A DNA stretch of 64,000 nt from Minisyncoccia bacterium. Its GTDB lineage: Bacteria; Patescibacteriota; Minisyncoccia; Phycocordibacterales; UBA918. The stretch's first letter is position 1; each line of letters begins with the position of its first letter. Position numbers and translations under genes: made by a program. The stretch is taken from positions 19,176 to 83,175 of the forward strand of contig JBKBPM010000002.1 in NCBI GenBank assembly GCA_046293175.1, given 5' to 3'. This document shows, in pieces, positions 48,739-58,568 of this stretch. The notes under the pieces are model-generated. The model was not told the origin of the DNA, did not search any database, and saw only the letters and a list, made by a program, of their open reading frames with translations.

Positions 48739-50217
48739 CTAGAGTGCTTTTGCAAGGTCAAGAATCTCATCGATGCGTATCTGCTCCACAAAATCTGGTA
48801 CGTGGGAAACGAGAATCATCGCGCCTTTGTAGTTATGCAAGGCTTTTGCAATCACGGGGATATGGCGGAAGTTAATGTGGTTCGTTGGCTCATCGAGAAT
48901 CAAAAGACCTGGTCGCTCCATGGTCAGCTTGGCGAAGGCAACGAGACCTTTCTGTCCTTCTGAGAGATTTCCAACCTTATTCTTCATGACATCACTGTAC
49001 AAAAGAAAGCCAGCGGCAATCGAACGCATATCTTCTTCAATCTTCCTTGGCATTGAATCCATAAGAGTTTCAAAGACCGTCTTATCAAAATCAAGATTAG
49101 AAAAGTCTTGTCGATAGTAGCCAATTTTTACCCCCGGCGCGACATGTTCACCCTTGGCGTGTCCAGAAGCGATTGACTCGAGGAGAGTAGTCTTCCCAAT
49201 ACCGTTTGGACCAATGATTTGGAGATGGGACCCACGTTTCAAAACCAAATCACATTCTACCTCTTTTGGCTGGTGGTTCTTGATAACTTTGTACGAAGTG
49301 AGTCGCACTACTTCAAGTGGTACTTCGCCTTGGGTCTCAATGGTAAATGCACGAATAGTCCGGTCTTCTTTACGAACATCAACTTTGTTTTCTTCGGCTT
49401 CCTCAACATCATCACGCATGCGCTTCGCGACAAGACGCATCTTACCCCCCTTACTTGCAAAGTAGTTAATCTTATCTTTGTCAGCCTGAATTTGTTTGGC
49501 GAGCTGGGCATTCTGGCGCTGCTCTTTTTCAACTCGCGCCGCAATATCCTTGAGCACTGTGTGATAGTTACCATTATATTGCTCAACCTGGCGATTTTGA
49601 GTGTTAAGGTATAATACCCCATCGGTAAACGAGTTGAGGAACTCAGCATCGTGCGAAATCACCAATACTGTCTTCTTATACTCCTTGAGGAAAACCGTGA
49701 GGTGCTCAATACCGGCTATATCAAGATTGTTCGTTGGTTCGTCAAGAAGGAGCACATCAGGATCTTGAATCAGCGCCTGCGCAAGCAAAAGACGAGCCTG
49801 CTGCCCACCAGAAAAACTCCCGATGATACGCTCTTTAAAACTCTCTTTGATCTTCTCGGTTGGGGTGAGGTTTACGATTTCAAGGACGGCATCAATCCGC
49901 GGGTCAATGTCATAAACCTTCTCCTTAAAACAATTTTCAAAAAAAGCACGTACCGTGAGAGTAAGTTCATCACGGGGAATAATCTGCCTCGAAATCGCGA
50001 TCGTGGTACGAGGCTGAATATTAATATCACCTGAATCAGGCGTGAGAGTCCCGGAAATAAGTCCAAAAATAGTACTCTTTCCAGCCCCATTTTGACCCAT
50101 TAGGGTCATCTTGGCCCCTCGACGCACCACAAAATTCGCCTCCTTAAGAATGGGGCGAGTGGGATCGTGTTCAAACGACACATCATTAAAAACAATGAGA
50201 CCATCTGCGCGTGACAT
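48739..50217 (-). CDS. ABC-F family ATPase
   Basis: Two NBDs (GQNGAGKS, GPNGIGKT), two LDEPTN motifs, no TM. Confidence 0.95.
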   Translation of the reverse strand: MSRADGLIVFNDVSFEHDPTRPILKEANFVVRRGAKMTLMGQNGAGKSTIFGLISGTLTPDSGDINIQPRTTIAISRQIIPRDELTLTVRAFFENCFKEKVYDIDPRIDAVLEIVNLTPTEKIKESFKERIIGSFSGGQQARLLLAQALIQDPDVLLLDEPTNNLDIAGIEHLTVFLKEYKKTVLVISHDAEFLNSFTDGVLYLNTQNRQVEQYNGNYHTVLKDIAARVEKEQRQNAQLAKQIQADKDKINYFASKGGKMRLVAKRMRDDVEEAEENKVDVRKEDRTIRAFTIETQGEVPLEVVRLTSYKVIKNHQPKEVECDLVLKRGSHLQIIGPNGIGKTTLLESIASGHAKGEHVAPGVKIGYYRQDFSNLDFDKTVFETLMDSMPRKIEEDMRSIAAGFLLYSDVMKNKVGNLSEGQKGLVAFAKLTMERPGLLILDEPTNHINFRHIPVIAKALHNYKGAMILVSHVPDFVEQIRIDEILDLAKAL

Positions 50218-50330
50218 AGGTAGTCACCATACACTATTTTTTTGAAACTGTCTAAAATATCACCCACAAGGGGTGGCCGTAGACACATACAAAAACCGGC
50301 CTAAAGTCCGGTTTTTGTATGTCATTATTT

Positions 50331-51569
50331 TTACTTCGCTGTCGATAAGGTATTGACTTCTTCCTGGATAGCTGCAATGACAGCCGCCATTTGCACAAAG
50401 ATGTCAGTGGATGCACCTCGCACTGAACCAGAAATACTTGTAGGTGGTGTGCCGGTATCCGTACGGTTTGAGACACCTGTTGCACCACTTTGAGACGGTA
50501 ATGGTTTTATCACTGGAGTTGGCTCCCAAACCCCATTATTACACGAGTAGACAATCGAAAGACTGTTCACAAAACTAGTAGAATTTCCGTAAAATGGATG
50601 AGGTGCGCCTTGGTTAAACGTTCTATCTTGGAAACGACAAGGTTGTACAGTAAATCTTTGATTTGTTAAACCACTCACTCCATTGTGATAACTTCGTGCT
50701 GCATTACTGGTAGGTCTTGTTGCACAATCTGTGCTGGTGGCATGGTCTGGATAACCAGCTCTCGATAGAGCAAATGCAGCATAACTTGTATGTCTCGTTG
50801 TTGTAGCAACGCATGGATTTCCGGGGAGAGAGCCAACACGTGTCCATACCCCCACTCCGTTATTATTTCGACAAACGAAACGAGCATCTGCTACAACACT
50901 GGTGATCCCACTAGCGTTTGTAATGGTGGTTCGTTCAGTTCCTTCCGGAAGTCTTTCAGTACCATTACGACAATAGATGATGTCTTTGGTAGTAGAGGCA
51001 ACCGGCGTTCTGGTGACTCCAGGCAAAGAAGGGTTACCCGTGACACTCGAACGAGGAGTTTGGGGAAACTGTGCTGTATTAAGACGATTACTTGATTCAT
51101 TGTTGTAGCGGATGGCTTGTAGACTAAGTCGTGAGCGGTTGGTAGGCACATAAGCTATTTCGAATGTTTCGCCCTCACCCTCACGAACTACGTAGTTAGT
51201 GCCGCTGGTTGTAGCACTAGATATGATCGTTGCTGGTACGGCCCGGACCCCGGCATTTTGCCAAACGAGTGCGCTTCCCCGTCCCGTGGTTACAGTTGGC
51301 ACATACACATCGCCATTGTCAGCACTGATTGTGAAGCGAACAACATGGGTAACTGTTTGCCCATCGGCACTTGTCGAGCTAGCTCGAGATACATCACTAA
51401 TTGTTGCTCTTCCTGAATCACCTTGTGAGACGCTGCGATTAAGTCCTACACCATTGGCGGTCGACATTTCTGCCGCAGAAACCAGCGATACCCCGAAGAA
51501 AAAAGCCGCGACGCTGAGAACTATTACACACGTTACGATCTCGGTGAATGTTAAAACACTTTTTTTCAT
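50331..51569 (-). CDS. Secreted hypothetical S/T-rich protein
   Basis: Signal peptide, two C..N.GVW motifs, C-terminal VRGAST + helix. Confidence 0.65.
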   Translation of the reverse strand: MKKSVLTFTEIVTCVIVLSVAAFFFGVSLVSAAEMSTANGVGLNRSVSQGDSGRATISDVSRASSTSADGQTVTHVVRFTISADNGDVYVPTVTTGRGSALVWQNAGVRAVPATIISSATTSGTNYVVREGEGETFEIAYVPTNRSRLSLQAIRYNNESSNRLNTAQFPQTPRSSVTGNPSLPGVTRTPVASTTKDIIYCRNGTERLPEGTERTTITNASGITSVVADARFVCRNNNGVGVWTRVGSLPGNPCVATTTRHTSYAAFALSRAGYPDHATSTDCATRPTSNAARSYHNGVSGLTNQRFTVQPCRFQDRTFNQGAPHPFYGNSTSFVNSLSIVYSCNNGVWEPTPVIKPLPSQSGATGVSNRTDTGTPPTSISGSVRGASTDIFVQMAAVIAAIQEEVNTLSTAK

Positions 51570-51707
51570 GGATGTTTATTGCTAAAAAGTATATAAGATT
51601 GATTTTTGCTACAACAGAATGGCCGCTAGGGGTATTATCCCTAGCGGCCTCCGTTACTTTTTAGTATACGTCTATTTTATTCCTTGTCAGTAAGTCAGTG
51701 TGTATAA

Positions 51708-52346
51708 CTACATTGACGGCATCATGCCACCCATCCCTTCCATCATCTTTTGCATCTCACTCATATCCATAAATTCAACAGAGGCTGGCGGCACAAACAC
51801 TGATCCATCAACGCGCCATGACTTACAATTGTAATCAACATCCATATCTGGTGTGACCGCTGGCGCACTAGAACCGCTCTGCGGATTATTCATTGGCGCT
51901 GGAGTTGGGCTCTCTGCTGATGGAAGGGTCATCTTGATACCTTGATCACCTTGTGCACTGCCCCACAGGTACATGGTATTACTTTTTTTATCCATGATCA
52001 TATACGAGGCAATATCTTCAGCGGCAGCACCCTTGATGAGGGTGTCGACGCGAGCATTGCCACCATCATAAAACGCTGTCCCTTCTTGCACTATGCCATC
52101 TGTTCGTACCACAAACGTACACTCCTGACTGCGACCAAGGGCGAGGAGACCAAGAAGACTCCCCCTGCCGCTCATTGCACCATCAGTTGATTCTTCTGCT
52201 ATCAGATTATTTTCGGTTGTTTCATTTTGATTCATCGTCGTATTATCAGCCACCAAAGCATCTTTTGTTACTTTTGTAGCCAAACCAATACCCACCACAA
52301 TAACAAGGATAATAAGCACTGCTCCAATGATGATGTTTTGTTTCAT
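51708..52346 (-). CDS. Hypothetical membrane-anchored protein
   Basis: TM; ECTF...Y.C..W..D.S.F.PP..V.F. Confidence 0.7.
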   Translation of the reverse strand: MKQNIIIGAVLIILVIVVGIGLATKVTKDALVADNTTMNQNETTENNLIAEESTDGAMSGRGSLLGLLALGRSQECTFVVRTDGIVQEGTAFYDGGNARVDTLIKGAAAEDIASYMIMDKKSNTMYLWGSAQGDQGIKMTLPSAESPTPAPMNNPQSGSSAPAVTPDMDVDYNCKSWRVDGSVFVPPASVEFMDMSEMQKMMEGMGGMMPSM

Positions 52347-52410
52347 ATTCCCTATATTGTACACCAAAAACCGCCAATGGCGGCTATTTGGTATTTAGGA
52401 CCGGTGTTTA

Positions 52411-52491
52411 TTAGATGAGACTGTTTTTATCCTTTTTATCTTTTTTTGGTTTTTTTACTTCTTTTTTATGTCTAAATTCACCTTTTGCCAT
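52411..52491 (-). CDS. 26-aa Lys-rich small protein (not in ORF track)
   Basis: MAKGEFRHKKEVKKPKKDKKDKNSLI followed by a terminator-like hairpin near 52366-52390. Confidence 0.55.
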   Translation of the reverse strand: MAKGEFRHKKEVKKPKKDKKDKNSLI

Positions 52492-52558
52492 ATATTGTAT
52501 ATCTAATCTTAACTGCTACCATCAAGTATACAAGCAGATAAAGCGAAGAAAAAGAGCT

Positions 52559-53122
52559 TTATGGGGCAAAGGAAACGACTATTTCTTTAGCTTCGGCATT
52601 TTCTGGTAAACCTGAAGGGTTGTCTTTTTGGAGAATAAGGGTGCCTCGCTTCATAAATTCTGGGTCCCCAGACGTATACGGTGAGGTAAATGTGAGGGTA
52701 GCAACAAATGGCACAAAATCGCTGGTCATCCAGTCACCCTGGGCGGTCGCTACCCCTTCAGCAATAATAAGTCCATCCCAATTAACAAGCGAGACGGGGA
52801 ACGAACCTTCGAAGTACCATCCTGCTGCCTCTCCTGTAATAGTGAGCGGACTGGCCACCACTGCGCCCGGGAGTGGTGAGGTCAGGCGTACCCGTTCATT
52901 AGTAGCAATTGGTGGACAGACAAACTCACAACTTGGTCCAGTCCGCCCCACGTATGAACCATCAGGACACTGCATCGCATCTTGTGTACACATCATTTCT
53001 TCCGGTAGCGGTGCTGGGGTTAGTTCGGTTGGTTGTGGGGCGGTCACGCGACCTACCATAAACCCGCCAAAAAATACCACCAACACTACTAAAGCAATAA
53101 ACAACGCTAACAAGTGTTTCAT
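52559..53122 (-). CDS. Gmad2-like Ig-domain protein with CT.DA..CPDGS Cys motif
   Basis: WYFEGSFPV, KDNPSGLPE, CTQDAMQCPDGSYVGR. Confidence 0.8.
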   Translation of the reverse strand: MKHLLALFIALVVLVVFFGGFMVGRVTAPQPTELTPAPLPEEMMCTQDAMQCPDGSYVGRTGPSCEFVCPPIATNERVRLTSPLPGAVVASPLTITGEAAGWYFEGSFPVSLVNWDGLIIAEGVATAQGDWMTSDFVPFVATLTFTSPYTSGDPEFMKRGTLILQKDNPSGLPENAEAKEIVVSFAP

Positions 53123-53168
53123 ATGCTTCTAGTATAGCAAAAATCGACCAAGATGTGGTCGATGAATG

Positions 53169-54227
53169 CTACTTACTTTCCATCTCCTTCACCTTTTGGA
53201 GGGCCACAATATACATACTTTCGGACCAGCCCAGTGGGGTATTATCGTTTGGCACCGGGCTTTGTGAGAAATAAAGTTCGGGAATTTCACCATTGCTCGT
53301 CACCGTATTACGAGCTTGGCGCAGGTAATACCAGGCCCGTTCTTTTTCACCACGCATGGCGTAGATGATAGCAAGCCACGAGAGACCAAAGCACCACTCG
53401 GCCTCTTCGCTATAGCCATCTTCGTTGGCGTTGTAGTAACGATCAAGCTTGTAGCGGATAACGCCACGGTCACGGGTGAGGTGATACACAACATTTTTGA
53501 TAATTGTATCAGTCTCGGCTTTGGTCGTCACCGCAAACGGATAAATAAGTGAGAGGAGAGCAAGGTCGGCGAACTTTGTCCGCGACTCACGGGGTAAGAG
53601 CTGGCGCAAGGCTTCCTCACCATAATGGATAGCCACCAATGGTACCTTAAGCCAATCGACCTGACTCGCGAGCTTCAGTGCCGCGACACCTGCCCCCACT
53701 GACGAAGCATGCACCTCCATATTTTCTTCCCAAATGCCATTATCGGCATCGTGCCAATACTCAACCCGGACGAGGTAGTCAATAATCATCTGAGTCACCT
53801 CTTTTTCTTCAGCGGTGATTGCGACCGCGTGCCCCCGGAGCTCAAGATCACAGATGAGGTAGAGCACTTCGGCCACCGCATCATTCTGACTATTACCCCA
53901 CTCTTCCCAATACTCTTCAAAGGTCTCCGGATGAAACCGAGCGTGGATGTACTGCCAGGTCTCGTGGGGCTTGTTCGCAATTGCCCAGTTGATTTTGTCT
54001 TTATGCTTCACAAAAACTGAGAGGAGGGCCTTCGCTGTTTTCACGACCGTATCAATATCTCCGGTCTCAAGGAACCCAAGCGTCATAAAGTAGTTGTCTC
54101 GGAGCCACGCCTTGTCGTAGCCAGTCCCTACGGTATGAGCAGCGGCAGTAAAGACTCCCGTTGGCCTTCGAAGGGATAACAGAACCGCGATGTGCGCTTG
54201 GATTTCTTTGTCAAAGTCGATACTCAT
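53169..54227 (-). CDS. GH15-family glycoside hydrolase
   Basis: AWLRD, GIWEE, IPELY, PLGWS. Confidence 0.85.
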   Translation of the reverse strand: MSIDFDKEIQAHIAVLLSLRRPTGVFTAAAHTVGTGYDKAWLRDNYFMTLGFLETGDIDTVVKTAKALLSVFVKHKDKINWAIANKPHETWQYIHARFHPETFEEYWEEWGNSQNDAVAEVLYLICDLELRGHAVAITAEEKEVTQMIIDYLVRVEYWHDADNGIWEENMEVHASSVGAGVAALKLASQVDWLKVPLVAIHYGEEALRQLLPRESRTKFADLALLSLIYPFAVTTKAETDTIIKNVVYHLTRDRGVIRYKLDRYYNANEDGYSEEAEWCFGLSWLAIIYAMRGEKERAWYYLRQARNTVTSNGEIPELYFSQSPVPNDNTPLGWSESMYIVALQKVKEMESK

Positions 54228-54229
54228 AC

Positions 54230-54685
54230 TTATTCATTGAGATTTTGCCAGGCCTTTTCAGCATGCTTGGCTACCGCAGACAGGGGCGGGAGGACCGCCT
54301 CTACCTCACCAGCCGCGCGTGGGTAGTAACTGCGGAGTTCTGCATAGAGCGCGATCATTCGTTCGTACGCAGTGAAAAGTTCAAGTAATTTGGCGACTGC
54401 TTGTTCCGCTCGGTAGTGATTTTGTGCCACAATATCTTGATGTAAGGCCTCGACCGCTTCGCGGTGCTGCTGCGCAAAGGCGACCATGCAGTCTTCGGCA
54501 CTCGTGAGTGCATACTCTTTTTCTTTCGAGACGAAACTGCGCTTCAATTCCTGCGGGAGACGAGGTGAGAGCGCCTCCATCACCAAATCAAACGCCTCCT
54601 GGCGCTGTGCTTCAACAAGCGACAAGGGTCGCTCACCCTTGCCTTCCCCGCCTAATTCCTTACCACGCTTCGGAGTTTTTTCCAT
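54230..54685 (-). CDS. Hypothetical helical protein
   Basis: 151-aa ORF ending 2 nt before the GH15 start. Confidence 0.65.
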   Translation of the reverse strand: MEKTPKRGKELGGEGKGERPLSLVEAQRQEAFDLVMEALSPRLPQELKRSFVSKEKEYALTSAEDCMVAFAQQHREAVEALHQDIVAQNHYRAEQAVAKLLELFTAYERMIALYAELRSYYPRAAGEVEAVLPPLSAVAKHAEKAWQNLNE

Positions 54686-54773
54686 TTACGTAGTATAGCG
54701 TACTTATCATGCTCACTTGCGCATTAATTCACGTTACACTACTGTACAAAAGTAACAGTTCCAGAGGAAAAAG

Positions 54774-54992
54774 ATGGACGAAGAAATTGCTCAAAATTTT
54801 ACATCACTTGTTCTCACAAAAATTTCAAAATTTGCAAGTATTAAAACTCCTGCAACAAAACTAGATATAAGTATACTAAGCTGATCTGAAGATTTTCTAT
54901 TTGATAACATTAAAAATAACTTAACAAAAATGAATCCTGATACTATGGCATGTTACAAATACGATATTTTCGAGTGAGACGTCCATATGTAA
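54774..54992 (+). pseudogene. AT-rich ORF with two in-frame TGA codons
   Basis: GAGG SD, ATG 54774, TGA at 54882 and 54975, TAA at 54990. Confidence 0.35.
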
Positions 54993-55254
54993 ATCATATC
55001 ACGATTTATTCAAATGTAATTTCATTTAGAAAATCACACTAAAAACTGAAAAAAGACCCCATATGGGGTCTTTTTTCTGAAACCTTCATAAATTGGATGC
55101 AATGCGAGGCGCGAGCGAAAAATATTTGGAGGTGTACTGGGAATTTCATTTTGAAATGAAGTATAAGGCGAGTAGCAAAAAAGCCGCGACCGGGACCTAA
55201 GTCCAGGGAGCGGCTTTTTTGTGTGCTCAACACAGTAATTCGTTCAAAATGGAA

Positions 55255-55725
55255 TTACCAGGCGAAGTGTGCAAAAGCCCGGTTAGCCTCAGCCATCTTG
55301 TGTACATCATCTCGCTTCTTCACCGCCACACCTTCTTCTTTGGCAGCCAAGATGAGTTCGTTCGCGAGCGCCTTGTACATTGGTATACCCTTGGCTCCAC
55401 GAGCAGCACCGATGATCCAACGGAGCGCAAGTGCGAGACGTCGCTCAGGACGTACTTCACGAGGTACCTGGTAGTTCGCACCACCAACGCGACGTGAACG
55501 AACTTCCATGAGTGGGCCAGCGTTACGCAAGGCAGTCTGGTAGATCTCAAGTGGGTCGCCACCGTCTTTGCGGTTCTTAATTTCTTCAAATGCTGCGTAC
55601 ACAATCTTGCGGGCGGTTTCTTTCTGGCCACGCAACATGATGTAGTTGATGAGGCGCTCGACGTCGGTTGAAGCAAACTTGACGTCTGGCTTCACAACTG
55701 GGCGCTTCTTGATTGGTCGTCGCAT
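55255..55725 (-). CDS. rpsG: 30S ribosomal protein S7
   Basis: SRRVGGANYQVP, HKMAEANRAFAH. Confidence 0.98.
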   Translation of the reverse strand: MRRPIKKRPVVKPDVKFASTDVERLINYIMLRGQKETARKIVYAAFEEIKNRKDGGDPLEIYQTALRNAGPLMEVRSRRVGGANYQVPREVRPERRLALALRWIIGAARGAKGIPMYKALANELILAAKEEGVAVKKRDDVHKMAEANRAFAHFAW

Positions 55726-55911
55726 GTTGTTAGTTCTTAATTCTTATAATTAAGAATGAGAGTTTGGCAATCGCCTCTTTCATTCTTCGCATATTCTGAT
55801 TCCGTACCTTTCGGTTGAATCGCAGCCAGTATCTGTAGCGAATATAGACTATTGGTAATTTACTTCTCCAAGATACGTTATGTCTTGGTTTTTGCCTTTA
55901 CGCTTTCGCGT

Positions 55912-56035
55912 AAGGCTAAATAAATTGCTTTAGATGCGAGGCGGACAAACAAATTTTTCTGAGTCGTACTTGGTAGTACGGTGAGGGTAAATTTGTGCAG
56001 TCCAACAAAGCAGATGAAGTGATTTACTTAGCCTT
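55912..56035 (+). repeat. ERIC-like palindromic element whose arm overlaps the rpsL 3' end
   Basis: CGAGGCG...GTCGTAC-loop-GTACG...CAACAAAG. Confidence 0.8.
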
Positions 56036-56437
56036 CGGTTTTTTAGCTCCGTAGCGTGAACGTCCCATCGTTCGGTTCGCAACGCCAGTGGCGTCGTACT
56101 TACCGCGAACGATTGTGTAGTTCACACCAATATCCTTCACACGTCCACCACGCACGAGGACCACAGAGTGTTCCTGCAAATTGTGCTTGATACCTGGGAT
56201 GTACGCAGTAATTTCCATACCGTTTGAAAGACGAACACGAGCAATCTTTCGGATCGCAGAGTTCGGCTTACGCGGCGTCTTGGTCGTTACCTTGGTACAC
56301 ACACCACGCTTAAATGGTGAGTTATACGAATTTGGCTTGTTGATGATTGAGTTAAAACCCATTGTCAACGCACCAGTTTTCGTACGTGATACCGGATCAC
56401 GGCGCTTCTTCTTGGTTAATTGATTGATTGTTGCCAT
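56024..56437 (-). CDS. rpsL: 30S ribosomal protein S12
   Basis: [17 protein letters not shown]. Confidence 0.99.
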   Translation of the reverse strand: MATINQLTKKKRRDPVSRTKTGALTMGFNSIINKPNSYNSPFKRGVCTKVTTKTPRKPNSAIRKIARVRLSNGMEITAYIPGIKHNLQEHSVVLVRGGRVKDIGVNYTIVRGKYDATGVANRTMGRSRYGAKKPKAK

Positions 56438-56522
56438 AAAGCCCGCGTAGAATACTACAGCTGTCCTTGTTTTGCAAGACTAATCCTTTTAATCTAGCTG
56501 AACCTTTTGGAGGAACTAATAC

Positions 56523-57419
56523 CTAATGTAATGCTCGATAGATACCTTGAATTGACTTGAAATTGAGCGGGAACTCTAGCACAACGTGCAGGAAGCTAAG
56601 TGATAACAAAACCAAGAAACCAAGTTGATAGTCAATGACGTAAAGCACTACAGCACTGAGATAAAGAACCCCAATAGCTATCGCTCTATAACGGGATATT
56701 TTGTGCCATTCAATAATTGAAGTCTTGGAAAACCAATTCAAATAGTGGTAAGTATACGTAAAAGCCAAAAATGTCGCGATATGGAGAATGGTGGAGGTAG
56801 GGTCACTACCAAATATTGCCGCTATAGCCGTACCAATTCCGTCAAAAAAAGTATAATTCGCAGTCATATAGGCGGGCAAATGTACTGACGCAGACGGGCT
56901 AAAAAGAAGCAGAATGCTGAGTAGAAAAAATATGATCACATTAACGTAACCTAAATATGAATGGCTTTTCATTGCACCAAATAACATAAAAAGAGCAGTA
57001 AATATAAATACGTGACATACTGTTGGAATCAGAATTGCCAGCGCATAATTAGTTGTACTTCCAAGGAAGGGTAACAAACAAAGTATCCCCAGCCCTAAAA
57101 TTAATCCTCGTTTCCACCATACATTTACAAAGGCTGTGCAAAAAGCTAGCAGCAGTAATATCCAAACTAATTCAGCGCTACCTGGTACAATCGCTACACC
57201 GAGAAATAAAACCACAAGTGAAACTAAGGTTAAAATGTGAGGATCATAACGGCGTAGCGTAAAATAGCGTCGGTCGTGTAACCAAGAAATTTCTGTTAAA
57301 TAATGGAGAGGACCAAGAAAAGCATATGCGAGTATCAAAAGCTCAAACGAGAAAAGCCAAGCAGGAATTGCAGCGATTACTAGAAGGACGCTATTTATCG
57401 AGTCAACGGATAATTTCAT
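56523..57419 (-). CDS. Polytopic membrane protein
   Basis: GPLHYLTEISWLH, YHYLNWFSKT, HV.LEFPLN; AT-rich. Confidence 0.75.
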   Translation of the reverse strand: MKLSVDSINSVLLVIAAIPAWLFSFELLILAYAFLGPLHYLTEISWLHDRRYFTLRRYDPHILTLVSLVVLFLGVAIVPGSAELVWILLLLAFCTAFVNVWWKRGLILGLGILCLLPFLGSTTNYALAILIPTVCHVFIFTALFMLFGAMKSHSYLGYVNVIIFFLLSILLLFSPSASVHLPAYMTANYTFFDGIGTAIAAIFGSDPTSTILHIATFLAFTYTYHYLNWFSKTSIIEWHKISRYRAIAIGVLYLSAVVLYVIDYQLGFLVLLSLSFLHVVLEFPLNFKSIQGIYRALH

Positions 57420-57434
57420 TACGAATTGATTACC

Positions 57435-58067
57435 CTACCCAATGAGTACTTTTGCGATACTAAAGACAAAACTATACAAGTAGTCACCAAGCACCACCAC
57501 AAAGAGGAAAATGACGAGCGCAAAGGCCAAAAAGACGTTTTGTTCCATATAGCGGCGGAAACCCTCGTACTGCATCCGCAGTGGAAATGGTAAGAAACGA
57601 GGTAAAATCTTCGAACCATCAAGTGGTGGAATCGGGACAAGGTTAAAGAAAGCCAAAAAGAGGTTCATGACCACAAGCTGGGCGGCTAGATAGAGAAAAG
57701 TCTCACTCAACGTTGTCCCGGCGCCGACTTGCACAATCACCGCAAAGATAAGCGCCAGGGCAATATTCACAGCTGGACCAGCAGCGGCTACAATCGCCTC
57801 CCCCCACTTTTGGTTACGAAAATTATACGGGTTGTACGGTACGGGTTTCGCAGCGCCAAACAAAAGGGGTGACCCAGACATAATAAGGAGCCCAGGCACA
57901 ATCACTGACATTACCGGATCGATATGCACGAGTGGATTCACCGACAGACGACCTTCAAGACGGGCGGTTGGGTCACCAAGCCAATTGGCAGCATAGGCAT
58001 GCCCCACCTCATGGAGGACAATTGAAGCAATCAAGCCAATAATCAATGCGATAGTCAGTGGTTCCAT
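57435..58067 (-). CDS. Site-2 protease (M50)
   Basis: HEVGH, AGP, FNLVPIPPLDG. Confidence 0.95.
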   Translation of the reverse strand: MEPLTIALIIGLIASIVLHEVGHAYAANWLGDPTARLEGRLSVNPLVHIDPVMSVIVPGLLIMSGSPLLFGAAKPVPYNPYNFRNQKWGEAIVAAAGPAVNIALALIFAVIVQVGAGTTLSETFLYLAAQLVVMNLFLAFFNLVPIPPLDGSKILPRFLPFPLRMQYEGFRRYMEQNVFLAFALVIFLFVVVLGDYLYSFVFSIAKVLIG

Positions 58068-58172
58068 AACGCTCTTATTATACACGAATGCCAAAACTGC
58101 CATACATAATTACTCATTATGCTTGCAATATTGACCATCCGTGGTAGGATAGCGGGACTAAAAAACATCGAT

Positions 58173-58415
58173 ATGGCAAAAGTTTGCGACATTACCGGAA
58201 AAAAGACCCAGATTGGAGGGAAATATAGTAACCGTACCCGTGCTACGCAGTTTAACCCATCAGGAAAGACAAAGCGTGCGCCAAACCTCCAGAAGCGTCG
58301 AATTTTTGTACCGGAGATTGAAAAAACAGTAACAATTACTGTTTCAACCAAAGGTCTCCGTACTATTGCCAAAAATGGCGCGTTTAAGACGCTCAAGGAA
58401 GCTAAACTCATCTAA
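58173..58415 (+). CDS. rpmB: 50S ribosomal protein L28
   Basis: MAKVCDITGK, PNLQ. Confidence 0.92.
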   Translation: MAKVCDITGKKTQIGGKYSNRTRATQFNPSGKTKRAPNLQKRRIFVPEIEKTVTITVSTKGLRTIAKNGAFKTLKEAKLI

Positions 58416-58540
58416 GCGCTATATCCAAAAATGCCAGCTATTTTGTTGGACTACGAAAAATGACCCTCGCTGGACAAGCTCGTCCCACTTGGGTCATTTT
58501 CTTGTCCGCCTAGTATCTGTCTGATTTATTGAATAAAGCT
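58414..58540 (-). repeat. ERIC-like palindromic element
   Basis: Minus strand TAGGCGGAC...AAGTGGGAC/GTCCAGCGA...GTCCAACAAAA. Confidence 0.7.
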
Positions 58541-58568
58541 TGTGGCTCCGAGTTGAATCTATTGAACA

